Below the pieces are notes generated by a model, which had not been told where the DNA came from, made no database searches, and worked only from the letters and a program-made list of their open reading frames with translations. The position numbers and the translations under genes are program-made. A stretch of 64,000 bases of DNA from positions 1,975-65,974 of the forward strand of contig DATNIW010000042.1 in the NCBI GenBank assembly GCA_035604215.1. The letters are read 5' to 3'. Numbering within the stretch: position 1 is the stretch's first letter; each line of letters begins with the position of its first letter. Positions 61,317-64,000 of this stretch are shown here, in pieces. Origin of the DNA: Fibrobacteria bacterium. GTDB lineage: Bacteria; Fibrobacterota; Fibrobacteria; UBA5070.

Positions 61317-61428
61317 GAGCAAGGCGCGGTGCGCTTCGCTTGGCTGATGCCGGACGTTGCGCTGGGTGCCCGGACGGCAGAACGACAAAGATGGTTTGGC
61401 AGTGGTCGGATTTTCTATCACTTCTGGC

Positions 61429-61845
61429 ATGGCCATCGACCTGGACAGCATGCGGAAAGCGGTCGCGAGCCTGGAGCGATCCCTCCGAGTCGCCGGGGGC
61501 ATGTCCGGCATGTCCGCCGATTTTCGGGAAACCGTGCGGGCAGGCGTCATCCAGAATTTCGAGGTGGCCTACGAATCCTCCTGGAAGTTCATCCAGCGTT
61601 GGTTGCGGGAGAACGGCCAATCCCAGGAGGCCGATTCCCCCCGTACCCGGAAGGATCTGTTTCGGATGGCCGCCAAGGCTGGGCTTCTGGAGGACCCCAC
61701 CCCCTGGTTTCGGTTCGGCGAGGCCCGCAACTTGACCTCCCACACCTACGACGAAACGCACGCCCAGGAAAGTTTCGAGGTGGCGACGTCGTTTCTGCCC
61801 TACGCGCAGCGACTTCTCGCTCGCCTGGAAGCCGCGAATGATTGA
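61429..61845 (+). CDS. HEPN-domain protein, HI0074-type nucleotidyltransferase substrate-binding subunit (HepT-like toxin)
   Basis: Start at MAIDLDSMRKAV within ORF 61357..61845. VIQNFEVAYESSWKFIQRWL...ARNLTSHTYDE contains the RX4-6H HEPN motif. Confidence 0.8.
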   Translation: MAIDLDSMRKAVASLERSLRVAGGMSGMSADFRETVRAGVIQNFEVAYESSWKFIQRWLRENGQSQEADSPRTRKDLFRMAAKAGLLEDPTPWFRFGEARNLTSHTYDETHAQESFEVATSFLPYAQRLLARLEAAND

Positions 61846-62140
61846 CCTCGCTCCCGAACATCTCGCCGCGGTTCGACAGATCTTGTCGGAAACCGTGCCC
61901 GGATGCCGGGCCATCGCCTTCGGATCGAGGGTTCGCGGCACCAGTCGACGCTTTTCGGATCTCGATCTCGCCGTGGAGGGGAGGGAGCCCCTGGCTTCGG
62001 ATCTTCTGGAGGTCCTGCGCGAACGCTTTTCCGCCTCCGACCTCCCCGTGCTCGTGGATGTCGTGGACCTGAAAAGGGTATCGGAGATCTTCCGGCGGCG
62101 GATCGAAGCGGAGTACGAGGAGATGCAAGTCGGGCGTTGA
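61838..62140 (+). CDS. Minimal nucleotidyltransferase (MNT/MntA-like antitoxin)
   Basis: 100 aa with the FGSRVRGTSRRFSDLDLAV (GSx10-DxD) motif. Overlaps the HEPN gene by 8 nt. Confidence 0.8.
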   Translation: MIDLAPEHLAAVRQILSETVPGCRAIAFGSRVRGTSRRFSDLDLAVEGREPLASDLLEVLRERFSASDLPVLVDVVDLKRVSEIFRRRIEAEYEEMQVGR

Positions 62141-62178
62141 GCACGCGTTCTATGCGCCAGCCTCGCCGACCCTTGGAT

Positions 62179-62472
62179 TCAGGGGTCGCAGCCTTCCAGG
62201 ATGATGAGGTCCATGGTGGAGGCGGGTTGGCGCAGCTTGATGACGGCTTGGTATTCGGGGGAGTGCCAGCAGTCCAGCGCGGCTTGGTAGCTGGGGAATT
62301 CGATCAGGGCGTTGCGGGAACGGCAGGTTCCCTCGGGATTCTCGAAGCGCCCGGCGCGCACCAGGGGTTTGGCCCCGAAGGGCTTGAACGCCGCGACGTT
62401 GGCGGCCAAGTAGGCCTTGTACTGTTCCTGGTCGGTGACGTCGACGTGGACGATCCAGTAGCCTTTGGGCAT
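62179..62472 (-). CDS. DUF1330 domain protein
   Basis: 97 aa starting at MPKGYWIVHVDVTDQEQYKAYLAANVAAFKPFGAKPLVRAG...IEFPSYQAALDCWHSPEYQ. GAAGGAG RBS. The upstream part of ORF 62179..62580 is not credible. Confidence 0.8.
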   Translation of the reverse strand: MPKGYWIVHVDVTDQEQYKAYLAANVAAFKPFGAKPLVRAGRFENPEGTCRSRNALIEFPSYQAALDCWHSPEYQAVIKLRQPASTMDLIILEGCDP

Positions 62473-62855
62473 GATGTGCTCCTTCAGAGGGTGAGCGTTC
62501 AAACTACAGGGTTGGGGCTGAGCCGGCTCCGCAGTTGTTGTCATTTTTTGCGCCTTGCGGCGCGGCCTCTCGTTTTGCACCTGCGGTGCGGCTTATTTAC
62601 AGGGACTCCGCGGCCCTGGACCCCGCCCTGCCTCCGGCGGCCCAAGGACCGGGCGCGGCCCTTGGGAATCCCGCGCCTTCGTGGTGGACTGCCGTCCCCC
62701 ACACCCCAACCACCGGAATGGTTCATGCGGGAGGGGTGGAGGTGCGTCAAAATCTGCGCACCCGCCTGCATGGCGATGCGCCATGGCGGCGGGAGGTTTG
62801 ATACCGTCTGGGTAGGGGAATTTTTGAGCGGTACTGAGTCGGCGGAGGTGGGCGG

Positions 62856-63494
62856 TTACGTCAAGTCCTCGGGTTTGATGCCCGTCACGTCTGTGACGAT
62901 TTCCCAGGCGATGCCGTGCTCGCGCATCTTTCGGGCGTTCTCCATCTTGTTCGCAAGGACGCCCTCGGTCCGACCTTTTGAGAGGCCGATGTCAATTCCT
63001 TCTTGCCGCCACCAATCGATGATTTCCGGCATATCTCGCTCCTTGAGCCGTTGGTTCAGATCGTCCTGTTGCATGGAATCCAATCTACCCTCGACGACCC
63101 AGAAGGCAAATAGGAGGCGCACGCCGTCCGGGTCTCCCGCCTGGAGGAAGGCGATGGTCACGTCCAGGACGGACTCCACACCTTGGCTTCCACGCATGTT
63201 CGGGAGGAAGGAGAGGGCGACCCGGTTGGTGGTCCTTCGGTAGGTTTCCATTTCCAAGGCCGGGATCTGCACCAACCGGGTCTCGAAGATGAGATAGGGG
63301 TATCCGTAGGCTCCGCGCAGGACGGAGTTTTCGAGATCTTGCGGCTTGTCGTCGTCCGACGCCGCTGGCTGAGCGGCCCGCAGGGCTGTATCGAAGCCAC
63401 CGGCGGCCCCTGTAAACCAAGCGCAGCGCCGTAGGCCGAAGGCCCCCCGAGCTTCATCCCCCCGTCGGCGCATTCCCTCCGTGGTACTTTCCAA
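62856..63494 (-). pseudogene. Rpn/YhgA-family (PD-(D/E)xK putative transposase) C-terminal fragment
   Basis: The C-terminal WWRQEGIDIGLSKGRTEGVLANKMENARKMREHGIAWEIVTDVTGIKPEDL resembles the Rpn-family tail. I recognise no nuclease core in the N-terminal part, which also overlaps the next gene. A shorter reading from METYRR (63251) is possible. Confidence 0.35.
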
Positions 63495-63783
63495 AATTAT
63501 GCGCGGAGCCGAGGCTCATGAGCAGCACGCCCAAGCCGAACGCCAGGATGTGGCTCGTCTCCTGCGGATGGAACTCGCCGACGTGCGCGACCAGGAGGAA
63601 CGCTGCCACCGCGTTGAAGAAGCCCCAAATCACGTTCACCCTGGCCGAGGAGAGCCCCTTGCCGGGGGGCTTCGCGAAGGGACTCTGGAACGGGTGTCCC
63701 ATGTTGCCCGCGACGAAGTGGGGGACGGCGTTGGCCGCGAAGGCGCCCCCGAAGAAATACGACACGAGCCAAAGCCAATTCAT
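63454..63783 (-). CDS. Small hypothetical membrane protein (3-4 TM)
   Basis: 109 aa: MNWLWLVSYFFGGAFAANAVPHFVAG...VIWGFFNAVAAFLLVAHV...ILAFGLGVLLMSLG. Hydrophobic periodicity. I recognise no family. Confidence 0.5.
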   Translation of the reverse strand: MNWLWLVSYFFGGAFAANAVPHFVAGNMGHPFQSPFAKPPGKGLSSARVNVIWGFFNAVAAFLLVAHVGEFHPQETSHILAFGLGVLLMSLGSAHNFGKYHGGNAPTGG

Positions 63784-64000
63784 GGTGCAGGTCTCCTCAC
63801 ATCAAACTTAAGCTGGCTTTGCGTTCGTGCTTCTGCAGGGATTGCCGTGGGCCGAGACCGAAGGCCTACCTTGGTGGGACCAAGATCTCCGACTCTCCCA
63901 ACGTCGTTCGAAGGCGCACGATGCCCATCAAGTTGGGCGGCAGCGGGATCACCGTCCGTCCGTCCGGCAACGGCCCCTCCGTGAGGTTCGCCAGGACCCT

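Noticed and set aside
62535-62815. Small overlapping ORFs (62535..62801 +, 62541..62771 -, 62555..62815 +, 62593..62784 -)
   Set aside because: They are mutually overlapping in several frames with P/G/R-rich translations inside a hairpin-rich non-coding stretch, and no start context or family resemblance.
63866-64000. Open frame on the - strand running off the right edge (…ANLTEGPLPDGRTVIPLPPNLMGIVRLRTTLGESEILVPPR*)
   Set aside because: Only 44 codons are visible with no recognisable motif, so a gene call cannot be supported. The overlapping 167-aa + ORF 63481..63984 is antisense to the small membrane-protein gene and looks spurious.

Overview
High-GC bacterial chromosomal segment, densely coding: about 59 protein genes. 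By eye I found no rRNA, tRNA, CRISPR array or intact IS/prophage. The housekeeping backbone is alaS (partial, runs off the left edge), a NadM-Nudix gene, ileS (type 2), ilvC, glyQS, hisC, rpsU, amtB, ptsI, rpsT, mnmA and a yajC-def-spoIID-prfC operon. Several less ordinary blocks sit between these: (i) a LacI-type sugar-binding domain fused to GGDEF, next to an orphan Hcp homologue with an apparent signal peptide; (ii) a 1467-aa fused BcrA/BadF-type double ATPase plus DUF2229 protein; (iii) a TIGR02147/DUF4423 gene, a lipoprotein, two tandem CE6 esterases and a CE4 deacetylase that share C-terminal sorting-like tails and a recurring AT-rich palindrome; (iv) pilB-pilT-pilC-pilS-like followed by STAS and FlgM-like genes, with no pilR or pilA; (v) a divergently split phosphate-uptake locus with an OprP-like porin, two pstB (one motif-degenerate), two phoU, a thiS-like gene and no pstS, followed by two histidine kinases; (vi) a small accessory patch after prfC holding a HEPN/MNT pair, DUF1330 and an Rpn-family fragment. 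Many adjacent genes overlap by ATGA/GTGA, which suggests translational coupling. Because of the GC content the six-frame track contains many very long spurious antisense or out-of-frame ORFs, listed under rejected. All calls rest on my reading of the translated sequences against remembered family motifs; no searches were run. Lineage is unresolved: the T9SS-like tails and TIGR02147 hint at the FCB group, while the pil gene order resembles Myxococcota.
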